NCBI GenBank assembly: GCA_050692055.1
Contig: JBOGTC010000072.1
Location: 12,978 to 76,977 of the forward strand
Source: Candidatus Limnocylindria bacterium
GTDB lineage: Bacteria; Chloroflexota; Limnocylindria; QHBO01
Length of the DNA: 64,000 nucleotides
Direction of reading: 5' to 3'
The notes beneath the pieces were generated by a model that saw only the letters and a list, made by a program, of their open reading frames with translations, ran no database searches and was not told the origin of the DNA. Within the stretch, counting starts at the first letter, position 1; each line of letters opens with the position of its first letter. The position numbers and the translations under genes are program-made. This document shows, piece after piece, positions 1 through 8,947 of this stretch.

Positions 1-586
1 ACAGGGGCGTGTTCATCGACGACGGCAGGATGAGCACAACGTCGATGCCGCTCTCCTCGTGCATCAACTCCAGGCGCAGCGCCTCGCTGAAGCCGGCGAT
101 GCCGTGCTTGCTGGCGACGTACGCCGACTGCAGTGGGACCGCTCGCTCCGAAAGGGCAGACCCGACGTTGACGATCGTCCCGCCACCCTGGCGCTTCATG
201 TGTGGGATCGCCGCTCGGGCGCCGTACATCTGGCCCAGCAGGTTGACCCGCACCAGCCGCTCCATCTCTTCGGGCTGAAGCTGCTCAACGGTGGCGTAGA
301 TGCTGACGGCGGCATTGTTGACCCAGGTGTCGATGCGTCCGAAGCGGTCGATGGCGCGCTGCCCCAGACGCTCGACCTGCTCATGCTCGGCGACATCGGT
401 GATCACCGTCTCGGCCTGGCCACCCAGCCGTTCGACCTGCCGCGCCAGCTCGCTCAGCGCCTCCTCGTTACGAGCGGCAAGGACGAGCGACGCCCCCTTG
501 GTGGCCAGCTGGAGGGCGGTCTCACGCCCGATGCCCTGCGACGCGCCGGTGATCACGACGACCTGTTGGTTGAGCGGCTTAGCCAT
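1..586 (-). CDS. SDR family oxidoreductase (C-terminus cut by window edge)
   Basis: Reverse translation from the ATG at 586 reads MAKPLNQQVVVITGASQGIGRETA...NNAAVSIYA...YVASKHGIAGF. It shows the TGxxxGIG, NNAA and YxxxK motifs of classical SDRs. The frame stays open to position 1. Confidence 0.85.
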   Translation of the reverse strand, partial: MAKPLNQQVVVITGASQGIGRETALQLATKGASLVLAARNEEALSELARQVERLGGQAETVITDVAEHEQVERLGQRAIDRFGRIDTWVNNAAVSIYATVEQLQPEEMERLVRVNLLGQMYGARAAIPHMKRQGGGTIVNVGSALSERAVPLQSAYVASKHGIAGFSEALRLELMHEESGIDVVLILPSSMNTPL

Positions 587-1022
587 CGAGGAGCTCCTTC
601 AGGTTCTGCAGCGATCGTTCCGCCTCGCGCTCGTTTTTGGCTTCCACGACCGCCAGGTCGAGGAGGTCACCCAGGAAGCCGCCCGGTAGGTCGTAGTCGG
701 CCTCGAGCTGCACGCTGCTACCGGCGGCTCGGGGTGTGATGGTCTGGGTCATGACGAGGCGTCCGCCGAGGGCTGCACTGGCCTCGTACGCGAGCCGTCG
801 TCCCGGTTCGAGCTCGGTGACCTGCCACTCGGTGTCGAGCTCCTGGCCCATGACCCTGACCGTCTGGCGGAAGGTGCAGCCCAGCGTGAGGGGCCGGGTC
901 GATGCCTCGCGGGAGTCAACCACGATCGTGGCCCACTCCGGCAGGCGATCCAGGTCGGTGAGCAGCGCAAAGACGGCCTCCGGCGACGCGGCAAGGTCGA
1001 TCTGGCTCCTGACACGGGCCAT
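579..1022 (-). CDS. SRPBCC (polyketide cyclase/START-like) family protein
   Basis: 147-aa ORF. The N-terminus 'SPEAVFALLTDLDRLPEW' is typical of SRPBCC proteins. It overlaps the downstream SDR start by 8 nt. Confidence 0.7.
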   Translation of the reverse strand: MARVRSQIDLAASPEAVFALLTDLDRLPEWATIVVDSREASTRPLTLGCTFRQTVRVMGQELDTEWQVTELEPGRRLAYEASAALGGRLVMTQTITPRAAGSSVQLEADYDLPGGFLGDLLDLAVVEAKNEREAERSLQNLKELLDG

Positions 1023-1032
1023 GAGCGCCTGC

Positions 1033-1566
1033 CTAGGGCCGGCCGGTCATCGGCGGCGCCGCGCTGGCAGGCTCCGAACCGGCGTCCGCCGGTCGGCCCG
1101 ACAGCGAGCTGGGGGCGTTTAGGTTGGCACCGCGGTCCACGCCAACCCCCAACCGGTCAACGAGCTCGCCGCCCAGCCAGCCGGTGACCGCGGCAAGCGC
1201 CAAGCCGCCGAACGAGAGGACGTAAGCCAGCAACCCCGGCTCATAGCCCTCCTGGCCGAGCCTCAGCAACCAGCTCAGGCTGAAAAGGACGACCACCACG
1301 ACGTTGCCGCCACCGTGCAGCAGACCGATGCGCCTGGCGCGCGTATCGCGCGGGATGTGGAACCAGTCCCACGCCCCGAAGACAGCTGCCAGCAGCCCAC
1401 CGATCACGCCGGCGGCGATGTTCCAGAACGCGACGCTGCTGAAGACGCCGTCACCGGTGAGTAGGTAGACGACGTCGAAGGCGACCGCCGCCGACAGCAG
1501 CCCGAGCGGCAGAACGATCAGCATCGGGTGAACTGGATGCCCGAACAGCTTGACCTTGCTCTCCAT
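1033..1566 (-). CDS. DUF2231-type integral membrane protein
   Basis: 177 aa with the 'GHPVHPMLIVLPLGLL' motif and about 4 hydrophobic helices. Confidence 0.65.
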   Translation of the reverse strand: MESKVKLFGHPVHPMLIVLPLGLLSAAVAFDVVYLLTGDGVFSSVAFWNIAAGVIGGLLAAVFGAWDWFHIPRDTRARRIGLLHGGGNVVVVVLFSLSWLLRLGQEGYEPGLLAYVLSFGGLALAAVTGWLGGELVDRLGVGVDRGANLNAPSSLSGRPADAGSEPASAAPPMTGRP

Positions 1567-1629
1567 GGCTATCTCCTCTGTGCGGCGAGCCCCGAGCGCA
1601 CGAGGCTCGAGCAGTCAGCATCCGGACAT

Positions 1630-1815
1630 TCAGGAACCGGGCGTGTACTCCTGGGCGTGCTCGCCGCGATCCTTCGCGACGGTACGATCGACGATGTCGA
1701 GCGTCTCGGCCACCGTTCGCCCGTTCTCGTCGGCCGCGGCCTTGACGTCCTCGTAGGTGATGTTTGCCGAGCCCATCTCAAGGTGGGCATCCATGCAGCC
1801 GCAGGTTAGACACAT
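1630..1815 (-). CDS. small Cys/His-rich protein (starts MCLTCGCMDAH)
   Basis: GGAGG lies 5 nt upstream of the ATG at 1815, so the track start at 1827 (GTG) is less likely. The acidic 61-aa product has a CxxCxC + His cluster at its extreme N-terminus. Codon usage is GC3-rich like its neighbours. Confidence 0.5.
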   Translation of the reverse strand: MCLTCGCMDAHLEMGSANITYEDVKAAADENGRTVAETLDIVDRTVAKDRGEHAQEYTPGS

Positions 1816-1970
1816 GAGGGCCTCCACGTAGTCTGGCTTCCACGTCGTACCCGTTAATCCACGACCCGACAGAGAGGGTCGCGCCGACGCGTTCTATCAG
1901 AAGCCGTTGACTGCACGAGAGGTGCCAAGAACGCGCCGCCCGCCGCCGTTACTGAGCGATCCGGCAGTGG

Positions 1971-2687
1971 CTAAGCGCCAGCTGGAGCGTCGTTCCGCAA
2001 TGGCAGCGTGACGATGCCGCAGCAGCGGTCGGGCTGCTCGTCGCGACCGATGCGCAGCAGATCCGCGCCAACACCCTGGGTGATGCCGGTGATGACCGCC
2101 TGCGCCACGCCACAAACGAGCGGCGTGTACAGCCGTGACAGCGGATCGAACGGACAGTTGCGCAGTCGCACCTCGGCGGGGGACGCCCGATAGGGCTCGA
2201 ATCCGAGGCTCTCCAGCACTGCCTCAACGCACTCGAGCAGTCGGGCCGGTGCGGGATGTCCTCGGATGCGCTTGCGGGCGCGCCGCCCCAGCGATCTCCC
2301 GTATTCGCGGGCCGGCTCGATATCGGGCGAGATCTGGCCGCCCGAGGCGGAGGACGCCGCGAGCAAGCGAGCCAGCAGCTCGTGGTTGCGGTGCGGCAGG
2401 CTCATGGCGAATTGGTTTCGGGAGCGCCGATACAGCTTCGAGGTCCGACCCGCGCCCGGGCCGCTCCGCCCCGATAGACGGCGGTACTCGGCCTTGAGGA
2501 GGCCGAGCTCGACGAGCTTGTCGAGATGAAAGGCCGCCAGCGCACGGCTGATGCTGACCGCTTCGGCCGCTTCGTCCCGGCTCACTGCACGGGGTTGGCG
2601 TTCCACGTACTGGTACAGCCGTCGTCGGTTCGGCTCTCGGAGGGCGGCCATCGCCTCGAGTTCAGGTGGGACCCGTGGCATCTCCAT
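1971..2687 (-). CDS. winged-helix (ArsR/MarR-like) transcriptional regulator
   Basis: 'RRRLYQYVERQPRAVSRDEAAEAVSISRALAAFHLDKLVELGLL' is a typical wHTH. It sits divergent to the 2858 gene. Confidence 0.7.
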   Translation of the reverse strand: MEMPRVPPELEAMAALREPNRRRLYQYVERQPRAVSRDEAAEAVSISRALAAFHLDKLVELGLLKAEYRRLSGRSGPGAGRTSKLYRRSRNQFAMSLPHRNHELLARLLAASSASGGQISPDIEPAREYGRSLGRRARKRIRGHPAPARLLECVEAVLESLGFEPYRASPAEVRLRNCPFDPLSRLYTPLVCGVAQAVITGITQGVGADLLRIGRDEQPDRCCGIVTLPLRNDAPAGA

Positions 2688-2857
2688 GGACCCATGGTAA
2701 GGGGACGGGGAAGTTCGCCGAAGCTCCGCGATTCTCGTTGACCTCCGTCGTCGCCGGCTCTAAGGTTAGTGATCATTGGTGTTAGTGCTGTACCGCCCGA
2801 GACGGCACAGGCGGGAGGAACCGAGATGACTCATATGGACCGCGATGCAGGTCTTCC

Positions 2858-3406
2858 GTGCTCGGCTCGGCAACCGGGCGACCGATGAGTCGTGTCTCGG
2901 CGCCGGCCGTGCGGGGGACCCTCCTCGGGGCCCTCGTGCGGTTGTGGAACCCGCTCATGCGACGCCTGATCGACTCTCCGGTTCACTGGCCGCTGAGCCG
3001 CTGGTTCGCGGTCCTCGCTTGGACCGGTCGCAAGACCGGCCGCCGTTACTCGACACCCGTTTCCTATGTGCGCGAGGGCAGGACGGCGTATGTGACCACG
3101 GGGGATCGCTGGTGGCGGAACCTCACCGGTGGAGCACCCGTGGCGATGCGCATCGCCGGCCGCTGGCAGGAAGGAACTGCGGCCCCGCTGACGGATCCTG
3201 CCGAGTGCCGCACCGAGCACGAGCGGTTGTTCCGCGAACACTCCTGGTTTCGCCGGCTGGCCGGTATCCCAAATGGTGTGGAAGGCGGTCCAGACCCCGC
3301 TGCGGTGGACCGGGCAGTGACGGCGGGGCGTGTCCTGGTCCGCATCGAGCTCGATCGGGTGATCACGGATCCCGCGGCGACCGGGCCGCCCGCGCGAGGG
3401 CACTGA
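2858..3406 (+). CDS. DUF385 / deazaflavin(F420)-dependent nitroreductase family protein
   Basis: 'GRKTGRRYSTPVSYVREGRTAYVTTGDRWWRNL' matches the DUF385 split-barrel family. The start is uncertain (GTG 2858 or ATG 2885). Confidence 0.7.
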   Translation: MLGSATGRPMSRVSAPAVRGTLLGALVRLWNPLMRRLIDSPVHWPLSRWFAVLAWTGRKTGRRYSTPVSYVREGRTAYVTTGDRWWRNLTGGAPVAMRIAGRWQEGTAAPLTDPAECRTEHERLFREHSWFRRLAGIPNGVEGGPDPAAVDRAVTAGRVLVRIELDRVITDPAATGPPARGH

Positions 3407-3512
3407 CTCGGTCCGGTCTTTCTTTCTACGCCGGCTCCCGAGCTGCCCGCTCCCACTCGTCGCGGCCCGCGATCGGGATTCGGATCAGGCGCTCAAGACG
3501 GAGTGTGGTAAA

Positions 3513-3538
3513 GCGGGTCCGAACCCGGTCGGGCCCGC
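3513..3538. terminator. 10-bp GC-rich hairpin between convergent genes
   Basis: GCGGGTCCGA / loop ACCCGG / TCGGGCCCGC (one G-U pair). No U-tract, so it is only a possible bidirectional terminator. Confidence 0.3.
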
Positions 3539-3614
3539 CACCAAGCGCTTGGTTGCCAAGCGAGCGAGGTCGTCCCCCCGGGCGCGCCCAGCCCGCGTTG
3601 GGTGAGGCACGAAG

Positions 3615-4277
3615 CTACCGCTCCGCACCGGGCTCGATGAGCCCGCTTTCGTAGGCGACGACCACCGCCTGGGCGCGATCGCGCAGCGCCAGCTTGGAGA
3701 AGACGCGCCCGACGTGCGTCTTCACCGTGCTCTCGCCCAGGACGAGGCGCTCGGCGATCTCGGCGTTGCTCAGGCCACGGGCGACGAGCTCGAGGATCTG
3801 CCGTTCCCGATCGGTCAGGTCGGCAAGGGCGTCGGCGGTCGCGTCGGGCCCGGGGCGCTGGAGGTGACGCTCCACGAGCCGGCGCGTCACGGCCGGCGCC
3901 AACAGCGTCTCGCCAGCGGCGACGGTGCGGATGGCGGCCAGGAGCTGATAGCGTGGCGCGTCCTTCAGCAGGAAGCCGCTGGCCCCGGCCCGCAGCGCCT
4001 CGTAGACGTAGGCGTCCACGTCGTAGGTGGTCAGCACCAGGATCCGGGCGCCGGTCTCCGGTCCGCGGGCCAGCTCGCGGGTGGCCTCGACGCCGTCGAG
4101 GTCCGGCATCCGCACGTCCATGACGATGACGTCGGGGCGCAGCTGGCGCGCGAGGCGCACCGCCTCGCGACCGGTGGCCGCCTCGCCAACCACCTCGAGC
4201 TCCGGGTCGGCGCCGATGATCGCCGCCAGCCCGTCGCGCACCAGCGGCTGGTCGTCGGCCACCAGCACGCGGATCAT
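3615..4277 (-). CDS. NarL/LuxR-family response regulator
   Basis: REC domain ('IRVLVADDQPLVRDG', 'VIVMDVRMPDLDG') plus a LuxR HTH ('LSNAEIAERLVLGESTVKTHV'). There is an ATGA overlap with the kinase. Confidence 0.9.
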   Translation of the reverse strand: MIRVLVADDQPLVRDGLAAIIGADPELEVVGEAATGREAVRLARQLRPDVIVMDVRMPDLDGVEATRELARGPETGARILVLTTYDVDAYVYEALRAGASGFLLKDAPRYQLLAAIRTVAAGETLLAPAVTRRLVERHLQRPGPDATADALADLTDRERQILELVARGLSNAEIAERLVLGESTVKTHVGRVFSKLALRDRAQAVVVAYESGLIEPGAER

Positions 4278-5470
4278 GGCCGCTCCTCGGGCACCGGCAG
4301 CTGCGCCCGCACGACGAAGCCGCCGTCCGGACTCAGCTCGGCGGTCAGCGCGCCGCCGAACATCGCCGCGCGCTCGCGCATGCCGACCAGGCCGTGGCCG
4401 CCGCCGTCGATCGCGGTGCCCGGTCCGGCTCCGCGTCCGTCGTCGCGTACCTCGACCGTGAGTCGCTTCGCCTCACGCCGCACGAGCACGCTGGTTCGCG
4501 TGGCGGAGGCGTGGCGAAGCACGTTGGTCAGCGCCTCCTGCACGATGCGGTAGGCCGAGAGCTCAAGGCTCGGGGGCAGCCGGCCCGGACCCGCGTCGAC
4601 CGTGAGGTCGACCTCGATGCCCGCGGTCCGCAGTTGGTCCGTCAGCCGAGGCAGGTCGGCGAGGCCGGGAACGGGTCCGGACTCCTCATCAGACGCCTCG
4701 CTGGTGCGCAGCACCGCCAGCACGCGGCGGAGCTCGTCGAGTGCCTGGCGGCCCGACGCGCCGATGGACGACAGGCGCCCGCGCAGGCGCGCCTGGTCCG
4801 GTGCAAGCTCGGCCTCAGCCGCCCCCGCCTGGAGCACCATCGTGGTCACGGCGTGGGCCACCACGTCGTGCAGCTCCCTGGCGATCCGCGCCCGCTCTTG
4901 GGCCGCGGCCAGGCGGCCTCGCTCGTCGCGCTCTCGGGCCAGCCGCTCGGCTTCGCGCGCCAGCCGCTCGGCTCGGTCCCCACGAGACCGCGCCAAGCGC
5001 CCGGTGCCCCATGCCGCGCCGAGGTAGATGAAGGGTATGACGACGCCCTCGGTGGTCAGCGGCGGCATCGTCAGGCCGACGGCGATCACCGCACCCAGCG
5101 CGCCGGCCAGGGCTGCCAGCCCGGTCCAGGTGCGCGCATGGGCCCCCGCCGAGAAGGCGGCGATGAGGAGCGCCAGGAAGCCGTCGAAGCCCGGGCCCGG
5201 CGGCACGAGCAGCGCCTGGAGCAGGGCGGCGGCGGCCACCGCCACCAACACCGCCTCGGCGAACCTGCGCCGGGCGAGGAGCGGCAGCGCCAGCGCCAGG
5301 CTGAGCACCCAGCGCAACGGACTGGTACCGATGACCCCCGGCTCCTGCACCGCAAGCCCCAGCATGCCGATGAGCAGCACCACGCCGACCAGCACGACGT
5401 CGAAGATCACCGGGTCGAGGCGAGCGATCCGTCGCCCAAGGTCGAGCATGCCGCTCAGGCTACCCCTCAC
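4274..5470 (-). CDS. membrane sensor histidine kinase (HisKA_3 type)
   Basis: N-terminal TM helices, H-box 'ARELHDVVAH', and ATPase motifs 'DDGRG' and 'GHGLVGMRERA'. Confidence 0.9.
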   Translation of the reverse strand: MRGSLSGMLDLGRRIARLDPVIFDVVLVGVVLLIGMLGLAVQEPGVIGTSPLRWVLSLALALPLLARRRFAEAVLVAVAAAALLQALLVPPGPGFDGFLALLIAAFSAGAHARTWTGLAALAGALGAVIAVGLTMPPLTTEGVVIPFIYLGAAWGTGRLARSRGDRAERLAREAERLARERDERGRLAAAQERARIARELHDVVAHAVTTMVLQAGAAEAELAPDQARLRGRLSSIGASGRQALDELRRVLAVLRTSEASDEESGPVPGLADLPRLTDQLRTAGIEVDLTVDAGPGRLPPSLELSAYRIVQEALTNVLRHASATRTSVLVRREAKRLTVEVRDDGRGAGPGTAIDGGGHGLVGMRERAAMFGGALTAELSPDGGFVVRAQLPVPEERP

Positions 5471-5606
5471 GCACCACTGCGGGGTCCACCTGGCGGCTTA
5501 CCCCGGCCCCTCCTGTGGGCCGATGCGGATCACTCTCCGGGCGGTCGTCACACCTCAACGCCGGGGCCGAGGATCCAGCCCTAACTAGCAGAGGGAGACG
5601 CAGACC

Positions 5607-6191
5607 ATGAATCCTCTCTATCGCGTAGCGCGCCCCATCGCCGTGCTGGCCGCGCTGGCTGCCGTAGCGGGCATCGGACTCGGCATCGCCATCGAGGCCA
5701 CGGCCACCGACGAAGCCGCGATGGCCTCACCGCTGGCGGTCGCCGCCATGTGCGCCTCGCTGGCCGGGCTCGTGGGTCTGGTCATTGCCCTGGCGGGCCT
5801 GGCCGCCGCGCCCAACTCCCCGCGCGGGTCACTCGGCACGGCCGCCCTGGTCCTGGGGCTGTGCGGCGCCACCCTCACTGCCGGCTCGGCCTGGGGCGGG
5901 CTGGTCCTCGCCCCCTGGTTCGCGACCCAGCTGCCCGCTGGCATCACGCCGCCGGAGACGGTCCTCATCGCCTCCGCGCTGTCGTATGCGCTGCTCGGCG
6001 TGGGTGCCGTGCTGCTGGCGGTCAGCCTGCGCCGTGAGCGCCTGGCTCCGGGCTGGCTGGTCGCCCTTCTGATCGTGGCTGGCATCCTGTGCGTGCCGCC
6101 GCTGCTGCCCGCACGTTACACGCTCGTGGTGGTCGCGGTGGCGGCTCTGCTGGTGAGACGCGCGCCCCACGATCAGATCGCGGTCGCCTGA
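5607..6191 (+). CDS. hypothetical integral membrane protein
   Basis: 194 aa, Ala/Leu/Gly-rich with about 6 hydrophobic segments. GGGAG RBS upstream. No family recognised. Confidence 0.5.
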   Translation: MNPLYRVARPIAVLAALAAVAGIGLGIAIEATATDEAAMASPLAVAAMCASLAGLVGLVIALAGLAAAPNSPRGSLGTAALVLGLCGATLTAGSAWGGLVLAPWFATQLPAGITPPETVLIASALSYALLGVGAVLLAVSLRRERLAPGWLVALLIVAGILCVPPLLPARYTLVVVAVAALLVRRAPHDQIAVA

Positions 6192-6505
6192 ATGGCGCGA
6201 GCCGCGGCGCCCAGGAGGAGCTGTTGCGCCCGGTTGTCGTGACGGGTGCGGCCGACGACTTGTGCGTCCGTGCCGAGCCGCCTTCTCTGTTCACGTGGGC
6301 ACGTCGTATCAATGCGCGGCGTGTGCAATTTATCGGGTCTGACCGCGCCTGGAGGCACGACCGAAGGGCCTTCTCAGCGGATCAACGTGCACCAGCGGCG
6401 CATTGATGCAGGCTGCTGGGCCTCTTGGGCTGTCAGCGCTCGGATAAGTTGCAGGAGGCGAGCAATACGTAGCGATGGCGCCGCGCTGCCCGGTGATGGC
6501 GCCGC

Positions 6506-7534
6506 TCACCCCGCCGTCAGGCGGCGGTAGACCTCCTCGTAGCGGTGGACCATCACGTCGGGCGAGAATCGCTCGAGCGCGTGCCGTCGGATCGCCCCGC
6601 GGTCGAGCCCGGCGACGCGCTGCACAGCGAGGTTCGCCTCCGTCAGGTCGTCGATCAGGAAGCCGGTCTCGCCGTGGCTCACCGTCTCGGGCAACGCCCC
6701 GGCCCGTCGGCCGATGACCGGCGTGCCGGTCGCCATCGACTCGATCGCCACCAGCCCGAACGGCTCCGGCCAGGCGCCGAGCATGAGTGTCGCCAGCGCG
6801 CCGGCGAACAGCGCGTCGCGCTGGTTCGGATCCAGCTCGCCGACGAACTCGACGACGCCGTCGTCGACCGCTGGCTGCACGACCTCGGCGAACATCTGGC
6901 GCTCGACGTCCTCGTGGACTTTCCCGGCGATCTTCAGCGGCATGCCCGACTCACGCGCGAGCTCGATCGCCTCGGCGACGCCCTTCTCGTAGGTCAGGCG
7001 GCCGACCAGCAGGAGATAGTCGCCGGGCTTCTGCCCGAACAGCGTCTCGCCGGTGACGATCCCGTGGTGGATCGTCGCCACCCAGTTCGCATCGGGCGCC
7101 CATCGCCGCTGGCTCTTGCTGATCGAGACGAGCGGGACGTCGCCGAATCCCTCGAGCAGCTGCGGCGTCCCCTCGGTGTCGAGGCGGTTGTGCACGGTGG
7201 TCACGACCGGCCTGCCGCAGTGCCGGGCCAGGACGAAGCCACCGCCGTCGAGGTGCGAGTGGATGACGTCGAACCGGTCGATCTCGCGCCAGACCGCCGT
7301 GACCACGAGCGGCACCAGCTGCCGCCCATCTCCCTCGTAGCCGGTGGCCCATAGGGACTGCGGCACGACGGGAACCAGCCTGCAGTCGACATCGGAGTCG
7401 CCCGACGCGAAGAGCGTCACCTCGTGCCCACGCTCGTGCAGGCGCTGCGCCAGCGTGGCGACGATCCGCTCCGTCCCGGCGTAGGCCGTTGGGGGGATGG
7501 GGCTCACGAGCGGCGCCAGCAGGGCGATCCGCAT
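6506..7534 (-). CDS. glycosyltransferase family 4 (GT-B)
   Basis: 'MRIALLAPLVSPIPP' is a typical GT4 start. The C-terminal 'EPFGLVAIESMATGTPVIG' is the EX7E region. The track start at 7564 is probably a 10-codon over-extension. Confidence 0.85.
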   Translation of the reverse strand: MRIALLAPLVSPIPPTAYAGTERIVATLAQRLHERGHEVTLFASGDSDVDCRLVPVVPQSLWATGYEGDGRQLVPLVVTAVWREIDRFDVIHSHLDGGGFVLARHCGRPVVTTVHNRLDTEGTPQLLEGFGDVPLVSISKSQRRWAPDANWVATIHHGIVTGETLFGQKPGDYLLLVGRLTYEKGVAEAIELARESGMPLKIAGKVHEDVERQMFAEVVQPAVDDGVVEFVGELDPNQRDALFAGALATLMLGAWPEPFGLVAIESMATGTPVIGRRAGALPETVSHGETGFLIDDLTEANLAVQRVAGLDRGAIRRHALERFSPDVMVHRYEEVYRRLTAG

Positions 7535-7655
7535 CGGTTCGGATGATCTCACGCAGCCCGCCATAGCAATCGCAAGGCCACCGGAGGAGGACCGATGCCG
7601 TGGCGCGGCGGGTCAGCCGCTGGTCACGCTATCCCGGCTCTGGTCTCATGCAGCC

Positions 7656-8909
7656 ATGCACCTCCGCCACCGCCTCCGCTGGCTGAGCCCGGACGGCTAC
7701 CGCCTGCTGGCCGCCCGAATCCTGCGCACCTTCGGGTATGGCTACCTGGCCGTCGTCCTGGCGCTCTACCTGCGCGAGCTGGGGATCGGGGAGCTCGTCA
7801 TCGGCGTCATCCTGGCCGCCGCCATTGCCGGGTCGGCGGTGATGACCGTCGCGTGGTCCCTGCTCGCCGACCGCGTCGGACGGCGCCGCACCGTGATGAC
7901 CATGGCCGGCCTCATGGTCGTCGGCGGCCTGCTCTTCGCCGTCACCGACGCTCCGCTCGTCCTGCTGGTCGCGGCCTTCACCGGCACGATCAGCGCCACC
8001 AGCTCGGAGGTCGGTCCGTTCAACACCGTCGACCAGGCGGTCCTGCCGCAGACCACGAGCGATGCGCATCGCACCTGGGCCTTCAGCGTCTACGGCTTCG
8101 TCGGCAACCTCAGCCAGGCGTTCGGCGCGCTCTTCACCGCCAGCGTCGGGTTCTTCGCGTCGCTCGGTCTCGACGGCGCCGACGCCTATCGGCCGCTCTT
8201 CGTGCTCTACGCGGTCATCGGCCTGGCCAACCTCGTGCTCTTCGCCGGGCTCAGCGACCGTGTCGAGCTGGCGCGCATTGATGGTCAGCGGCGGTTCGTG
8301 GGGATCCATCGGTCAGGACCGATGGTGATGCGCCTGGCGCTCCTCTTCGGCCTGGATGCCTTCGCCGGCGGGTTCGTCGTACATGCGCTCGTCGCCTACT
8401 GGTTCAGCCTGCGCTGGGGACTGTCGCCCGAAGCGCTCGGCGTCGTCTTCTTCTGGGTCGGGGCCCTGTCGGGCATCTCGCTGCTGGCGGCCGGCTGGCT
8501 GGCGCGCCGGATCGGCCTGCTCAACACCATGGTCTTCACCCACCTGCCGTCGAACGTGCTGCTCATGCTGGTGCCCCTCGCTCCGACGGCCTGGCTCGCG
8601 GTCGCGCTGTTCCTGGCGCGGATGAGCATCAGCCAGATGGACGTGCCGACCCGCCAGTCGTACACGATGGCGGTGGTCGAGCCGGACGAGCGCACGGCGA
8701 CCGCCGGCATCACGAACGTGGCGCGCGCGGCCGCCAGCGCGATCTCGCCGGTGCTCGCCGGCTACGCCTTCAGTGTCGCCGCCCTCGGCATCCCGTTCTT
8801 CCTGGCGGGCGGCCTCAAGGTCGCCTACGACCTCCTGGTCTGGGCGCAGTTCCGAACGGTTCGGCCGCCCGAGGAGCGCAACCGGCACGAACCGATGAGC
8901 GGGACCTGA
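7656..8909 (+). CDS. MFS transporter
   Basis: About 12 TM segments. The ATG at 7656 precedes 'RLLAARILRTFGYGYL', and 'DRVGRRR' is the MFS loop 2-3 motif. The upstream part of the track ORF overlaps the divergent GT4. Confidence 0.8.
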   Translation: MHLRHRLRWLSPDGYRLLAARILRTFGYGYLAVVLALYLRELGIGELVIGVILAAAIAGSAVMTVAWSLLADRVGRRRTVMTMAGLMVVGGLLFAVTDAPLVLLVAAFTGTISATSSEVGPFNTVDQAVLPQTTSDAHRTWAFSVYGFVGNLSQAFGALFTASVGFFASLGLDGADAYRPLFVLYAVIGLANLVLFAGLSDRVELARIDGQRRFVGIHRSGPMVMRLALLFGLDAFAGGFVVHALVAYWFSLRWGLSPEALGVVFFWVGALSGISLLAAGWLARRIGLLNTMVFTHLPSNVLLMLVPLAPTAWLAVALFLARMSISQMDVPTRQSYTMAVVEPDERTATAGITNVARAAASAISPVLAGYAFSVAALGIPFFLAGGLKVAYDLLVWAQFRTVRPPEERNRHEPMSGT

Positions 8910-8947
8910 GGTGTCCGCAACGTCACGAACGGGTCCCCAGGGCTACC

